A stretch of 64,000 bases of DNA, from contig CAYYNT010000003.1 in assembly GCA_964473155.1 (NCBI GenBank), forward strand, positions 69,839 to 133,838. The letters are read 5' to 3'. The notes below the pieces were generated by a model. That model worked only from the letters and a program-made list of their open reading frames with translations, ran no database searches and was not told where the DNA came from. This DNA is from an uncultured Gemmatimonadales bacterium (GTDB lineage Bacteria > Gemmatimonadota > Glassbacteria > GWA2-58-10). Position numbers and translations under genes: made by a program. Below, one piece after another: positions 17,274 through 26,928 of the stretch; the first letter of the stretch is position 1, and each line of letters starts with the position of its first letter.

Positions 17274-17984
17274 TCACTCACGGGTCAGGGCATAGAAAAA
17301 AATATTCACTCCCATCCTGAGAGCGCTTTCGCGAATCGGTTCCGGATCCTTGTGCACTTGTGGATCTTCCCAACCGTCACCCAGGTCAGTATTCAGGCTG
17401 TAAAACACAACCAGACGGCCATCGACGAATATTCCGAGACCTTTTGGCGGTCCGCCGTCATGTTCGTGAACTTTGGGCAATCCATCCGGGAAATCAAAGA
17501 CAGAATGATAAATTGGAAAATCAAATGGAATTTCCACAAACTCTTTATCCGGAAACACCTTTTTCATCTCACGGCGGAAACCGGCATCCATCCCGTAATT
17601 GTCATCTGCATGCAGGAAACCGCCTTCGCTGAGATATTTCCTCAACCGGATGGCTTCTTCTTCATCGAATATTATATTCCCGTGGCCGTTCAGGTACAGA
17701 TAAGGGTGACGGAAAAGCTCCGGGCTTTTTAAACGCACTTGAGCCTCTTGCTTGTCGACCTCCAATCCGGTATACTTTCTGATCGCGTCGAGCAGGTTGA
17801 TCAGTGAAGAAGGGTTTGAGTACCAGTCTCCACCGCCCTCGTACATCACTCTCGCGATCGTCATCACCGCCGGGCTGGAGGATGAACGGCCAGGAGACTG
17901 TCCCTCAGCCGGCAGATAAAGCAGCAGTCCGGCGGAAACGATCAATGCGGCGACAGTGTTTTTTATCTTCGTCTTTTTCATCAT
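17274..17984 (-). CDS. secreted protein, DUF4159-like
   Basis: Start taken at the internal MMKKTKIKN... with a signal peptide (the longer ORF would overlap the divergent gene). 6 nt upstream of the large protein's GTG, which suggests an operon. Confidence 0.5.
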   Translation of the reverse strand: MMKKTKIKNTVAALIVSAGLLLYLPAEGQSPGRSSSSPAVMTIARVMYEGGGDWYSNPSSLINLLDAIRKYTGLEVDKQEAQVRLKSPELFRHPYLYLNGHGNIIFDEEEAIRLRKYLSEGGFLHADDNYGMDAGFRREMKKVFPDKEFVEIPFDFPIYHSVFDFPDGLPKVHEHDGGPPKGLGIFVDGRLVVFYSLNTDLGDGWEDPQVHKDPEPIRESALRMGVNIFFYALTRE

Positions 17985-18017
17985 TGTTCTGAAAAGTGCA
18001 GTAATCAACCGGGGTTT

Positions 18018-18497
18018 ATGGTCATGGATGCCGAGGTGCGCCGGAAAATCTATCTGGTCCTTTTTCTGTTTGCCGTCTATACGGCAGTCTGCTTCTGGGT
18101 TCCTTACAGCAAGCTCTGGGTGATGAAAGACCTGATGCAGACTCAATCCCGTATGTTTTTTGCCACCCAGTCAGTCGAACAGGTTCACAAATACTTGAGC
18201 GGCAAAGCGGCTGAACTCGAGCTGGATGTACGGCCCGAGGATATAAAGGTACAGACTATCAACGGGGAAATAATCTATATCGAATTAAGCTGGAAAGCTC
18301 CGGTCAATATACTTCTGTTCCGCACCAGTCTGGATTTCAGTCCCAGGATTTTCGGCCTGATCCGTGGTTTCGAAAACTTTTCAACCGGGAGCGAGTTGCC
18401 GGATAGCCTGGTTTCCGAACTGTCTGACAGCACTACCCGCTTCCTGAAAAACCGGAATGTGCTCGGGCGTTCTATTAAAAATTTCTTTTCCCGCTGA
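18018..18497 (+). CDS. hypothetical membrane-anchored protein
   Basis: N-terminal TM (IYLVLFLFAVYTAVCFWV) with reasonable coding composition. Divergent from the DUF4159-like gene. Confidence 0.4.
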   Translation: MVMDAEVRRKIYLVLFLFAVYTAVCFWVPYSKLWVMKDLMQTQSRMFFATQSVEQVHKYLSGKAAELELDVRPEDIKVQTINGEIIYIELSWKAPVNILLFRTSLDFSPRIFGLIRGFENFSTGSELPDSLVSELSDSTTRFLKNRNVLGRSIKNFFSR

Positions 18498-18579
18498 TCT
18501 CCCCTGCCCTGATGATACACCACATTTTGATTTCTGTTTAAAATAGCTGTCCCGCTTTTATTGTTCAAGGAGCCCGCTT

Positions 18580-19545
18580 TCAGGCAAAATCCCAGTGAGT
18601 ATGCGGCTGGCGATTAAGAACAAGATATCCGTACAGCAGGCGAAGGTAGTTAAACGGCTTCAGACCGTGCCGAAGGTACAGAGGCGTCAGTAGAGCCTGC
18701 AAGCGCGGGAGATTGTAAAACGGAACACCGGGGAAATAATGATGTTCGAGGTGATAATTTGAATTCAGGTATAAAAAGTCCCAGAACCAGTGCCCTGCCA
18801 TCCAGGTAGTCCAGCCCGCCGGATCATCGGGAGTTATGTTATAATGCTGCCCGACCCGGTTGAGGGCAAATACCAGCGGGAACACAAAATAGACCGGCAG
18901 TGCATATGCCCTGAACCAGATTCCGAGCGAGCCCCATACGATAAGCGCAACCTGGAAAGCGAGATGACCGGATATCGAAACCAGACGCTCCCGCCTAATC
19001 TTCTTTCGCAGTTCCAATGGATAGCTCGCCGTCTCCTTTGCCGCTGCCCTGAAATAGATAATAAAGAGGGCCGGGCTGAAATAAAGCAGTTTAATCAGCC
19101 GGGAGTTCTTCCGGGGTGAAAGATGATGCCGTTTAGGATCGAGGACCGGAGAACCGAGCTGAAGATGATGATCCAGATGCCAGCGGGTGAATTGAGAGCT
19201 TGAAATGCCACTCCAGAATGCGTAAAGATGACCAAGCAGCCGGTTGAACAGCGGATGGGGTCTGCTGAAAATCAGGTTGTGAAGCTGTTCATGAAGAAGA
19301 ACCGTGAAATTGAAGACTGTGACTCCTGACAGGAAGGCCGCGAAAACTACTATCCAGCAGTTTTCATATCGTATGAGCGCCCAGGTGGAAAGTCCCAGAA
19401 ATAGAAACTGACGGACAGTTACCATGAAGTGCCGCAATGGCTGCTTGCGCTGCAGCCGGGCTGTTTCATCATGATCGATAGTCCGCTTCAGTTCCTCGCG
19501 CAGATCGCGTGAGGTCTCGGCCCAGAAGTATTTCGACTGATACAC
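18580..19545 (-). CDS. membrane fatty-acid desaturase family protein
   Basis: Three His boxes: HEQLH, HLDHH, HLEHH. Confidence 0.8.
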   Translation of the reverse strand: MYQSKYFWAETSRDLREELKRTIDHDETARLQRKQPLRHFMVTVRQFLFLGLSTWALIRYENCWIVVFAAFLSGVTVFNFTVLLHEQLHNLIFSRPHPLFNRLLGHLYAFWSGISSSQFTRWHLDHHLQLGSPVLDPKRHHLSPRKNSRLIKLLYFSPALFIIYFRAAAKETASYPLELRKKIRRERLVSISGHLAFQVALIVWGSLGIWFRAYALPVYFVFPLVFALNRVGQHYNITPDDPAGWTTWMAGHWFWDFLYLNSNYHLEHHYFPGVPFYNLPRLQALLTPLYLRHGLKPFNYLRLLYGYLVLNRQPHTHWDFA

Positions 19546-19665
19546 TCAAACCGTCCTCAATGACTACCTCGTCAATCCGTCGAACCGATCACCCATCCTG
19601 TAATCTGCACTTTTGTGTATTCAATATAATATCCAGCGTCTCTTGTCAAGCCGGACAAAGCCCTG

Positions 19666-19718
19666 TCCGCAAAAAAAATACGGCATTGCATCCCTTTTGA
19701 AAGGGGCGGCAATGCCGC
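19666..19718 (-). terminator. rho-independent terminator of ssrA
   Basis: CGGCATTGC-loop-GCAATGCCG followed on the minus strand by TATTTTTTTTG. Confidence 0.6.
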
Positions 19719-19721
19719 AAA

Positions 19722-20076
19722 TGGTGGAGGCGGTGGGCATCGAACCCACGTCCGAAGACAGGCCGGATATGACCACTACATGCTTAGCCGCCGTTCAGGT
19801 TGTCGTCCTCAAAAGACTACGTCGGCAAGTCTATCTCGGACCATCCGGTTAAGGTCTCGCCCGGAAGTCACCGGCATACAGCCAGGCCAGCCCGTTTTTG
19901 CGACGTCCGTCACCGCTCCACGGGCGGGGATCCTGTGACGGACGTGGATGCCTTTATCAGGCAGCCAGGGCCAAGTTGTCGTTGGCAGTTGTGTTTTTTC
20001 CCGTTTTTTAACGGGGCACGGGGCCCCGGCATGCTGTCATAACCTCCCTTGTCCCCGTCGAAACCATGTCGCCCCC
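19722..20076 (-). ncRNA. ssrA: tmRNA (SsrA), about 355 nt, tag peptide ANDNLALAA
   Basis: Minus-strand 5' end GGGGGCGACATGGTTTCGACGGGG and 3' end GGACGTGGGTTCGATGCCCACCGCCTCCACCA (tRNA-like domain with a G3:U70 Ala identity pair and encoded CCA). Internal ORF GCC AAC GAC AAC TTG GCC CTG GCT GCC TGA TAA = ANDNLALAA** at plus coordinates 19975-19943. Confidence 0.9.
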
Positions 20077-20099
20077 GTTAGTCTCTTACGGTTATTTTG

Positions 20100-20144
20100 A
20101 ACATATCCCCGCGCATTGACAATGTCAAGTCCGGTGAGTAATTT
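20100..20144. promoter_or_regulatory. overlapping divergent promoters sharing the palindromic -35 element TTGACAATGTCAA (ssrA on minus, cvpA on plus)
   Basis: Plus: TTGACA (20116-21), 17 nt, TAATTT (20139-44). Minus: TTGACA (revcomp of 20123-28), 17 nt, TATGTT (revcomp of 20100-05). Confidence 0.45.
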
Positions 20145-20191
20145 ATTCCTGCGTTTCAAACCCTGAGTACTGTTCGATAAGGAGTGTCTCC

Positions 20192-20680
20192 GTGACCGTG
20201 ATCGACTTCATCGTTGTCCTGTTTCTCGGGTTCTGCCTTTTGCAGGGTTTCTGGAAAGGCGCGGTCCGGGAATCGATTTCCCTGCTGGCTGTCTGTCTTG
20301 GACTGATTACAGCATTCAATTTTTACGGCCTGGCCGGAGAAAAACTGACCTCAATGGCGCATATTCCTCTGCCCGCCGAAACTGTCGGATTTGTTGCGGT
20401 CTATCTGCTGGTCTGGCTGGCGGTGAAGCTCGCGGGCTGGTCATTCAGCCATGGCGAAAAAGAGAAGAAACCCTCCTCAGCCGGCCGCCTTGGCGGAGTC
20501 GCGCTGGGCCTGATACGCGGTGCAATCTTAGCTTCACTCGTTTTCATGTATGCCGAGATTAGTTTCCCGCATAATAAAATCACCGGCCCCAACTATCTCA
20601 CTCCTTATCTTCTGCGCAGCGCCCATTTCTGCCTGGAACATGCGCCGTTCATGCCTCCGCAATTGTTCAGAAAGTCATAA
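20192..20680 (+). CDS. cvpA: CvpA-family membrane protein
   Basis: GTG start with AAGGAG 7 nt upstream. Four TM helices and the conserved CvpA N-terminus (IDFIVVLFLGFCLLQGFWKG). Confidence 0.7.
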   Translation: MTVIDFIVVLFLGFCLLQGFWKGAVRESISLLAVCLGLITAFNFYGLAGEKLTSMAHIPLPAETVGFVAVYLLVWLAVKLAGWSFSHGEKEKKPSSAGRLGGVALGLIRGAILASLVFMYAEISFPHNKITGPNYLTPYLLRSAHFCLEHAPFMPPQLFRKS

Positions 20681-20821
20681 TCTGTTGTATAAGCGCCGCC
20701 CGAGTGTGTCAGTATTCATATGGAGCCCGCCCGTTCATTCGCTTCAATCCGCTTGTAAACAAGAACGCCTGCCCTTTTTACTGATGGCAGGCGCGATTTC
20801 TTTCCATCAACCTGATCTCCG

Positions 20822-21556
20822 TTACATGCTGCCGCCCATGATTCTGGAAGCGTAGCCATTGGACGGATCAAGGCCCACGGAGAGAAGCGAATTAATCGTT
20901 CCGCGCCCGCGATTATATGCAAGCAGCGCCAGCCGAAGATCTCCGCGGAAAAAATGCAGTTGATCCTTTAGATGCTTGATACCTATCCGGATGTTATAGG
21001 CAGGATCGAAAAGCTTTTCAACCGTGGCCCCCGGATCGATTGTCAGAGCCGTCTCAGGACGCACCTGCATCAAACCGATCTCACCCACCTTGCCAACGGC
21101 CTTGGTGTTGAACTGGCTTTCCACGTTGATGACGTTGAATATGAGACCGGGGTCCATGTTTTCATTCTCACTGATTGAGCAGATCAACCGCGCGAGATCC
21201 CAGTCTATGTTAAACCTTTCGGCAAAATGACTCGCGTTCCTGTTCGATTCTACCTGCACGGAACGGGCAAGCGCAACACGCCGCATGGCGCGGGCCTCGG
21301 CTATCAATGGAACCTCATTATCCGGGATTGTCCCGCCAAGATGTATTTTTATCTCGGTCGATGTTGAAACCGGCGACTGATACAACCAGTGTACCACTGA
21401 TGCCGAAAGAGTGACAGCGACAATACCGAACAGAATGTTGGATGAACGTTTGAGCAGCCGCGTAAATCCGTTGCTTCGGAAACGCGCCCCCCTTAATCGA
21501 ACCTTTGTCTTACGGTCTATCTCACTCCATATTCCAGCTTTCTGCATCTTTAACAA
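20822..21556 (-). CDS. lytic transglycosylase (SLT domain) protein, membrane-anchored
   Basis: ENENMDPGLIFNVINVESQFNTKAVGKVGEIGLMQV contains the catalytic Glu and the GLMQ SLT motif. Confidence 0.75.
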   Translation of the reverse strand: MLKMQKAGIWSEIDRKTKVRLRGARFRSNGFTRLLKRSSNILFGIVAVTLSASVVHWLYQSPVSTSTEIKIHLGGTIPDNEVPLIAEARAMRRVALARSVQVESNRNASHFAERFNIDWDLARLICSISENENMDPGLIFNVINVESQFNTKAVGKVGEIGLMQVRPETALTIDPGATVEKLFDPAYNIRIGIKHLKDQLHFFRGDLRLALLAYNRGRGTINSLLSVGLDPSNGYASRIMGGSM

Positions 21557-22099
21557 CCCCTTTTGGACTTAGGCATATGATGCCTGTTACCAAGTTCCGG
21601 CGGCCTTTTTCAGCCGCCAATCCGCTCACATTCCCGATTCCCTCTCCCCGGAGCAGCTTAATACGATCTATTATTAAAAGGATGACTTCTCCTTAAATAA
21701 AGCAATATCTCTGCCCTTGACGATAAAAGTTTAAAATACTGTTTTTACGGACCCCAAAAACAGATACACCATATATAGACCAAACCCTTTTAAGGCCCAC
21801 TAAATATGGGGCGGTAAATGGATTTTGTCAAGATTTTTGTTTGGTTTAACCTTTTGTATTGGACAATTGCTCAATCCGGAGTTATTATCACGCAGATTCC
21901 ATGCCACTTTAAACCTTGACTGGATGAGCGATTAATGCGCAACGAAAGACTTGACGATTTTTCCTTCTATGCCGGTGAGGCTTTCAACTGGTTTCTTAAC
22001 GCAGCCATTTTCGCGCTGCTCTATCTTATCGCCTCAAAAGTGCTAATAAACATTTCCTCGCTTCTTAACCTGATTTCGCTCTGAGCCTGTCTGACTTTT

Positions 22100-24430
22100 T
22101 TACTTCGTAATTAGGAATGTCGCGTCTTTTGCCACCTGCCTGCCGGCCACAGTGTCCGACACTGTCACCATTACATTGTACCTTCCAGGAGGATAGCTCG
22201 CAGCATCTATCGACAAATAGATTGGATCGATATTGCCGGGGCGTTCCCAGTCACGTTCAAACGTTGAAACCACCTTGCCCGTCTCATCTTTGACGCCGAT
22301 CAGTCGACCCAGAGTGCGGATGATCTTCTGTGCAGCACTCAACTCCCCCGCCGTAGAGCTTACCGTATATTCAACACGGATATGCTTGCCGCCCGCAGAA
22401 TCGGGTTTGACATTATACAACTCATAGTAGATGAAAACAGGCTGATCTTTCTTGAACGACGAGGACGGCATCGGCATTATCCGATGCCCTCGTATATTGA
22501 ATTTCCCTGGAGTCTTGTCTTCGACCACATCCGCCGCAAGAAGCAGATCGCTAACGTACAGGCTGTCCGGAGAGCGGAACGAAGGGACCGAATAATTGCT
22601 TTTATATATCTGCATCAGATTGCTCTTGACCTGCTTCATCCTGACAACCAGGTGATAATTCCCGGGTTTAAGCTGCATCCCGATCAGGTCCGGGATCATC
22701 TGGTCTTTTGAAGACACGAAGTTGTTGAGACGGTATGTTTTAGACTGTTTCGCCCTGGTCACCTCATTCCACCAGCTGTCATATACCACTATCTCCAGAT
22801 CGACTGGAATATCTACTGCCCCGAACGGATCCGGCACCTTGATCTGGTCCGTCGGGAGGGCAAAGAACACTCCCATGGCGCTAAGGGTGTCCTGACCTTT
22901 GAGCGAAACCGGGTAGTAGTAAAAATTCATGGGATCTTCCTCGGGCTTGTACTCGAATGTCTCAGTAACTTCTCCCTCGGTGAACCCCCGCTCTGTAAGC
23001 ATCTCCTCTTCCGCGAAAAGGTCCATCAGGCTGCCGTGACGGGCCTGTTCGATGTTGCCCTGAAAATTGCTGAGCTCGTTGGCCAACTGGTCATATTTGG
23101 GATGTATCTCTCCACGTGAGCGGAACAGGGCCACTATATTGCTTCCGCCCATGTTGATTTCTGTCTGAATGTCTGGTACGAGCGCCTCCTCCAGGCGGTA
23201 GACCATACGGTAGACGTTGTTCCGAGCAACAAAATTGTAAAGAAGCGGCTGGGAGCGGTTCTTACTGTAAAGCCAGGTCTCGTTGTCACGGATAGCCCAG
23301 TTGCCGTTAAGGCTTATTTTCTGGTCCGGCTCGCCGTGTTTGATATACACTCGGCCGCGCTCGTCATACCCTGGTTTAAGGGGGCTGTAAAACTTCTTCT
23401 TCACTTCCTCAATCCGGCGGTAATGTTCCACCAGCCGCTCATTTGTCATGGTAGTTACAGTTGGGTCCTTGCGGTTCCAGAATGAGATAAGAAACAGCCC
23501 TTTATGCCCGGAAGGAGTCAGCTTGAACTCCCGTCTCTCGTCACTGGTGGTGATGTCTCGGATATCCTCCAGAGCTTCCTCGGCCAGTTGATCATCCATT
23601 TCTCGCGCGGCGCTGAAATAGGCCTCGCAGGCCAGCTCATTTTCTTCAAGATGCAACAGTTCCTTCGACATCAGAAAACGCTGACGGGCAGTAAGGCTGT
23701 CCAATCCGGCTTTTTCGATGCGGTAAAAAATATCTTTGGCCAGGTCTTTATCGCCGGAGTTGGTATAAATACGGGCAAGCTGGAACAGGAATTCCGGCTT
23801 GTCGTTGTGTAATTCGGACATTTCGTTCAGGAACAGTATCCCGCGTTCGTGGAACTTATCATCGATATAAGCGTCACACAGAGTGTTCAATGTTTTAATA
23901 TCATTGATGTCTTCGCGCACAAGCTGCTCGAGCGAATCCCAGAACAAGGCGTCATCACCGCCTTTTTTCTTGAACCTGTCGCTCACCATGGCGCGCCAGT
24001 ATCTTACTCTGCGGCTCTCTCCATCAATCGCACCAAGGTTTTTAAGACATTCCTGCGCTTCTTTCTCCTTGTTGCGGATCAAGCTTACCTCAACCAGCCC
24101 CTCCCATGCATCCGGAAGATGCTTGTTCATTTCGAGTGCTTTGCGGAAGGTCTTTTCCGCATCCTTATCGTCCTTCCGGTACAACTGTGATCGACCCAGA
24201 TCGACAAGTATCTCGGGGGTCGGCTTGTTGTCTTTAAGATATTTGGATATGGCGTCTCCCGCTTCCTCCCAGCCGCTGTTCTGCACCGCCATGCGGGCAT
24301 ACTCCAGCAGCGCCTGCCCGCTCAAGGTGTCCACCGGAGCGCTCTGCGCCAGGAGCATACCGGACGGAGAAAGGAGGCAGATGATTAATAAAGCCGTGAT
24401 AGCCGAGCCAGTATTATATCTTGACATCAA
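22100..24430 (-). CDS. secreted TPR-repeat plus GWxTD-domain protein
   Basis: Signal peptide and N-terminal TPR-like helices. Central ...FYSPLKPGYDERGRVYIKHGEPD corresponds to the GWxTD-domain core (GW-TDRGR-YI--G-PD) with GW replaced by GY. Confidence 0.6.
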   Translation of the reverse strand: MMSRYNTGSAITALLIICLLSPSGMLLAQSAPVDTLSGQALLEYARMAVQNSGWEEAGDAISKYLKDNKPTPEILVDLGRSQLYRKDDKDAEKTFRKALEMNKHLPDAWEGLVEVSLIRNKEKEAQECLKNLGAIDGESRRVRYWRAMVSDRFKKKGGDDALFWDSLEQLVREDINDIKTLNTLCDAYIDDKFHERGILFLNEMSELHNDKPEFLFQLARIYTNSGDKDLAKDIFYRIEKAGLDSLTARQRFLMSKELLHLEENELACEAYFSAAREMDDQLAEEALEDIRDITTSDERREFKLTPSGHKGLFLISFWNRKDPTVTTMTNERLVEHYRRIEEVKKKFYSPLKPGYDERGRVYIKHGEPDQKISLNGNWAIRDNETWLYSKNRSQPLLYNFVARNNVYRMVYRLEEALVPDIQTEINMGGSNIVALFRSRGEIHPKYDQLANELSNFQGNIEQARHGSLMDLFAEEEMLTERGFTEGEVTETFEYKPEEDPMNFYYYPVSLKGQDTLSAMGVFFALPTDQIKVPDPFGAVDIPVDLEIVVYDSWWNEVTRAKQSKTYRLNNFVSSKDQMIPDLIGMQLKPGNYHLVVRMKQVKSNLMQIYKSNYSVPSFRSPDSLYVSDLLLAADVVEDKTPGKFNIRGHRIMPMPSSSFKKDQPVFIYYELYNVKPDSAGGKHIRVEYTVSSTAGELSAAQKIIRTLGRLIGVKDETGKVVSTFERDWERPGNIDPIYLSIDAASYPPGRYNVMVTVSDTVAGRQVAKDATFLITK

Positions 24431-24861
24431 AGCCCCACGCTCAAGCAGCAGTTGTCTTGAAACAACTCTTAAATTTTACACCAGAGAGCCGAATGTGTTC
24501 AGATTCCAAATTGCAACCGCCATTCTAAATTATAACTTTAAAACAACGCCACAATTGGTTCATTTTAAACAAGTAACGATGTTCAAAGCCTGGCAATTGA
24601 ATGGATGAAAACAGAATTGGAACCCGAGCGATGGTAAAATCGGCGACTGCGCACTCGACAGTTCAGTATTATCCAACTATCGAAATACGGCCCTGTAAAG
24701 GTCAGTAAAAAAACGCGTCAGAATGCTGCCAACGGCCATGCCTGAAACATGATTTACTCGACAGGGCTTGAGGGATGGAGTACAAAAATAAAGCTCCGTC
24801 CCGGCGCTGTCAAGCTATTCCTGACTTAACAGCCCGGTACGGAGCTATAACTAAAGTCTTA

Positions 24862-25785
24862 TCAGAAGCTTTTCGAAACACTTAGCGCCATTCCAGGACC
24901 ATCTTTCGGATCAACCGCGCGCGGCAATAGCACCAGGCTCAGGCTGTTGTTCCGCATGCCGCGGGTCTGGTTGATCTTCTCCATGACCAGCATGTCGATG
25001 GCGCTGATAATATGATTGGCAAGCAGCACCGCCGTGAACTTGTTCCGTCTGCGGTAAGAATCCTCGGCGCTGTTAAACACTTTGTGATACAGAGTCTCGC
25101 TGCTTTCCAGTCCGGTCCAGTCCCAGTTGTACTGGAGAGGGTAAACCGCCTCGCTATAGGCCGCGAGGGCGCGGGCCTCCTCCTCGGCGCTTTGAGCCAC
25201 CGGGATGCCGCCATTGGTGCCGGAATAATTATTGATCCTGGCAATCTGCCACTGATGGCCGTTATAAGTGCGGGTGTCGGTTTCGGGTTGAATGCCCTCA
25301 CGCGACGGGTCATTGTCGTAATCGCCGCTGGAGGTCCACTTGGTCAGGTCCTCGTAGTATTCACCGAAACCTCCGGACATCTCTTCCGGGACTTCTTCCG
25401 GGTTGTTGCGCAGCCCGCCAAGCACGAAATTGCGCCTCGCCTGCCGCGAGATTTCATGATACCGGTCCACGCGATCGTGGGCCTGAGCGTTGAAGAAAAC
25501 CATACCGGTTATCGCGGCGCCCTCGGCCGCGAAATAAGCCCAGCCTCGCCACTGCCCTTCCAGATACTGAGGCAGCCCTGGAACGAGCGCGCCAAGAGCG
25601 ATACGTATCCCGGGATGCAGGTCGCGAACAAATTCAGACCCGCTTTTTTTGAATTCTCCCTCAACAGACCGGCCTGCTGCAATCGGTGACTGTTGCCCTG
25701 TAACCGGATTAACCTGGGCAACCAGAGACGAAGAGCAAAGGAACACGGCCAGCAGAAAAGTCGGCCTCATTATCTCCCCTGTCAT
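24862..25785 (-). CDS. hypothetical secreted protein (N-terminal region DUF5683-like: ALVPGLPQY...)
   Basis: Signal peptide. Resemblance to DUF5683 is limited to the PGLPQ-containing N-terminal segment and is recalled from memory. Confidence 0.45.
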   Translation of the reverse strand: MTGEIMRPTFLLAVFLCSSSLVAQVNPVTGQQSPIAAGRSVEGEFKKSGSEFVRDLHPGIRIALGALVPGLPQYLEGQWRGWAYFAAEGAAITGMVFFNAQAHDRVDRYHEISRQARRNFVLGGLRNNPEEVPEEMSGGFGEYYEDLTKWTSSGDYDNDPSREGIQPETDTRTYNGHQWQIARINNYSGTNGGIPVAQSAEEEARALAAYSEAVYPLQYNWDWTGLESSETLYHKVFNSAEDSYRRRNKFTAVLLANHIISAIDMLVMEKINQTRGMRNNSLSLVLLPRAVDPKDGPGMALSVSKSF

Positions 25786-25874
25786 AAGAAGCCCCTGGAG
25801 TCCCCTCCGGTCCGGAAGAGATCCCAGGGGCTGTTTCAGATTGGACAGTCCTGCTTTTCAGTAACGCTCAAAGA

Positions 25875-26879
25875 TTAAAAATGGGCGGTCAGGGCGAAAA
25901 ACGTACGGTCGCTCAACGGATTGACCCCCAGTTCCCGCGCCAGGTCGAAAGCATAGCCGCGCCAGTTGACGCCGAAACCTATCAGCGCTCCGCTCAGGTC
26001 GCCCTCTTCGCTCAGATAACCGCTGCGCATGGCCAGAATCAGGTCTTCCTTCGGCTCCACAGAGAACTCGGCGCCCACGAAAGCCCCGTCATTGGCCGGG
26101 CTGCCGACCAGGAAACGCTCATAGTCAGCGGCCAGCAGAAGGTTGAACTTATCCTGGTCCAAAAGGTGCTTCAGCACGTTGTAGCCAAAACCTACGCGCA
26201 CGCGGCGCGGCAGACGGTCGGACTGGTATTCGTTTTTGTGCTGCATGTCGGTTCCAACATCCAGTATCGACATTCCAAGCTGCAGCGGAACATCGGTCAA
26301 CGGGCGGTACAGAACCCCCATGTCAACCGCCACGCTCGTACCCACTCCGCCGTCCGCGCTCGACAGCTTTTCCCGGATGTACTTCATAGAGACGCCGACA
26401 TCTATTTTCTTGCTCAGGCGGGTGGCGAACGAGCCGTACATCATAAGCACGCTCTGGCTGTCCAGTCCCTGAGAGCTCTGACCGGTGCCAACAAGCTCGT
26501 TGCTTCCCAGGTCCCAGAGATTGGCCGAAACCGCAATCACTCCAATGTCCTTGATCGGCACGCCGACATTGAACAGGTTGAAACTGATCTGGTCCTCGGT
26601 CTCCTGTCCCATGTTGTCGCTGACAGTGAAGCTGAAACCGTTGTAGCGGGAGAAATAAACCTCGGTGCGGCTAAGCGAGGCCAACCCGGCCGGGTTCCAG
26701 AGGACAGTGGGCATTCCCTCAGCCACACCGGTGTAAGCATGCCCCATACCGATCGCGCGGGCGCCGTTTCTTTCAGTAAACTCGGCTTTGATCCCCTTGC
26801 TTTCCGCGGCATGCAGACGGACGACAAAAGAGAAGGCCAGACAAGCGACCATCGCAAAAAATAGAAGCTTCCTCAGCAT
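25875..26879 (-). CDS. PorV/LptO-like outer-membrane beta-barrel protein (paralog 1)
   Basis: Signal peptide, then GARAIGMGHAYTGVAEGMPTVLWNPAGLA; the same motif occurs in the ORF at 55157-56305. Ends with aromatic F. 49 nt downstream of the PorU-like gene. Confidence 0.55.
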   Translation of the reverse strand: MLRKLLFFAMVACLAFSFVVRLHAAESKGIKAEFTERNGARAIGMGHAYTGVAEGMPTVLWNPAGLASLSRTEVYFSRYNGFSFTVSDNMGQETEDQISFNLFNVGVPIKDIGVIAVSANLWDLGSNELVGTGQSSQGLDSQSVLMMYGSFATRLSKKIDVGVSMKYIREKLSSADGGVGTSVAVDMGVLYRPLTDVPLQLGMSILDVGTDMQHKNEYQSDRLPRRVRVGFGYNVLKHLLDQDKFNLLLAADYERFLVGSPANDGAFVGAEFSVEPKEDLILAMRSGYLSEEGDLSGALIGFGVNWRGYAFDLARELGVNPLSDRTFFALTAHF

Positions 26880-26928
26880 CCTGGTAATCTCCTTGATGAA
26901 TATAAAAGAAAAAGAGAATCAATAATTT

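Noticed and set aside
19509-20042. Three short ORFs (63-80 aa) across 19.5-20.0 kb
   Set aside because: They overlap the tmRNA gene, whose RNA features are unambiguous. The only translated segment there is the tmRNA tag frame.
25881-26864. 327-aa plus-strand ORF and the nested 25012-25689 ORF
   Set aside because: Antisense to the PorV-like and DUF5683-like genes. These are shadow ORFs.
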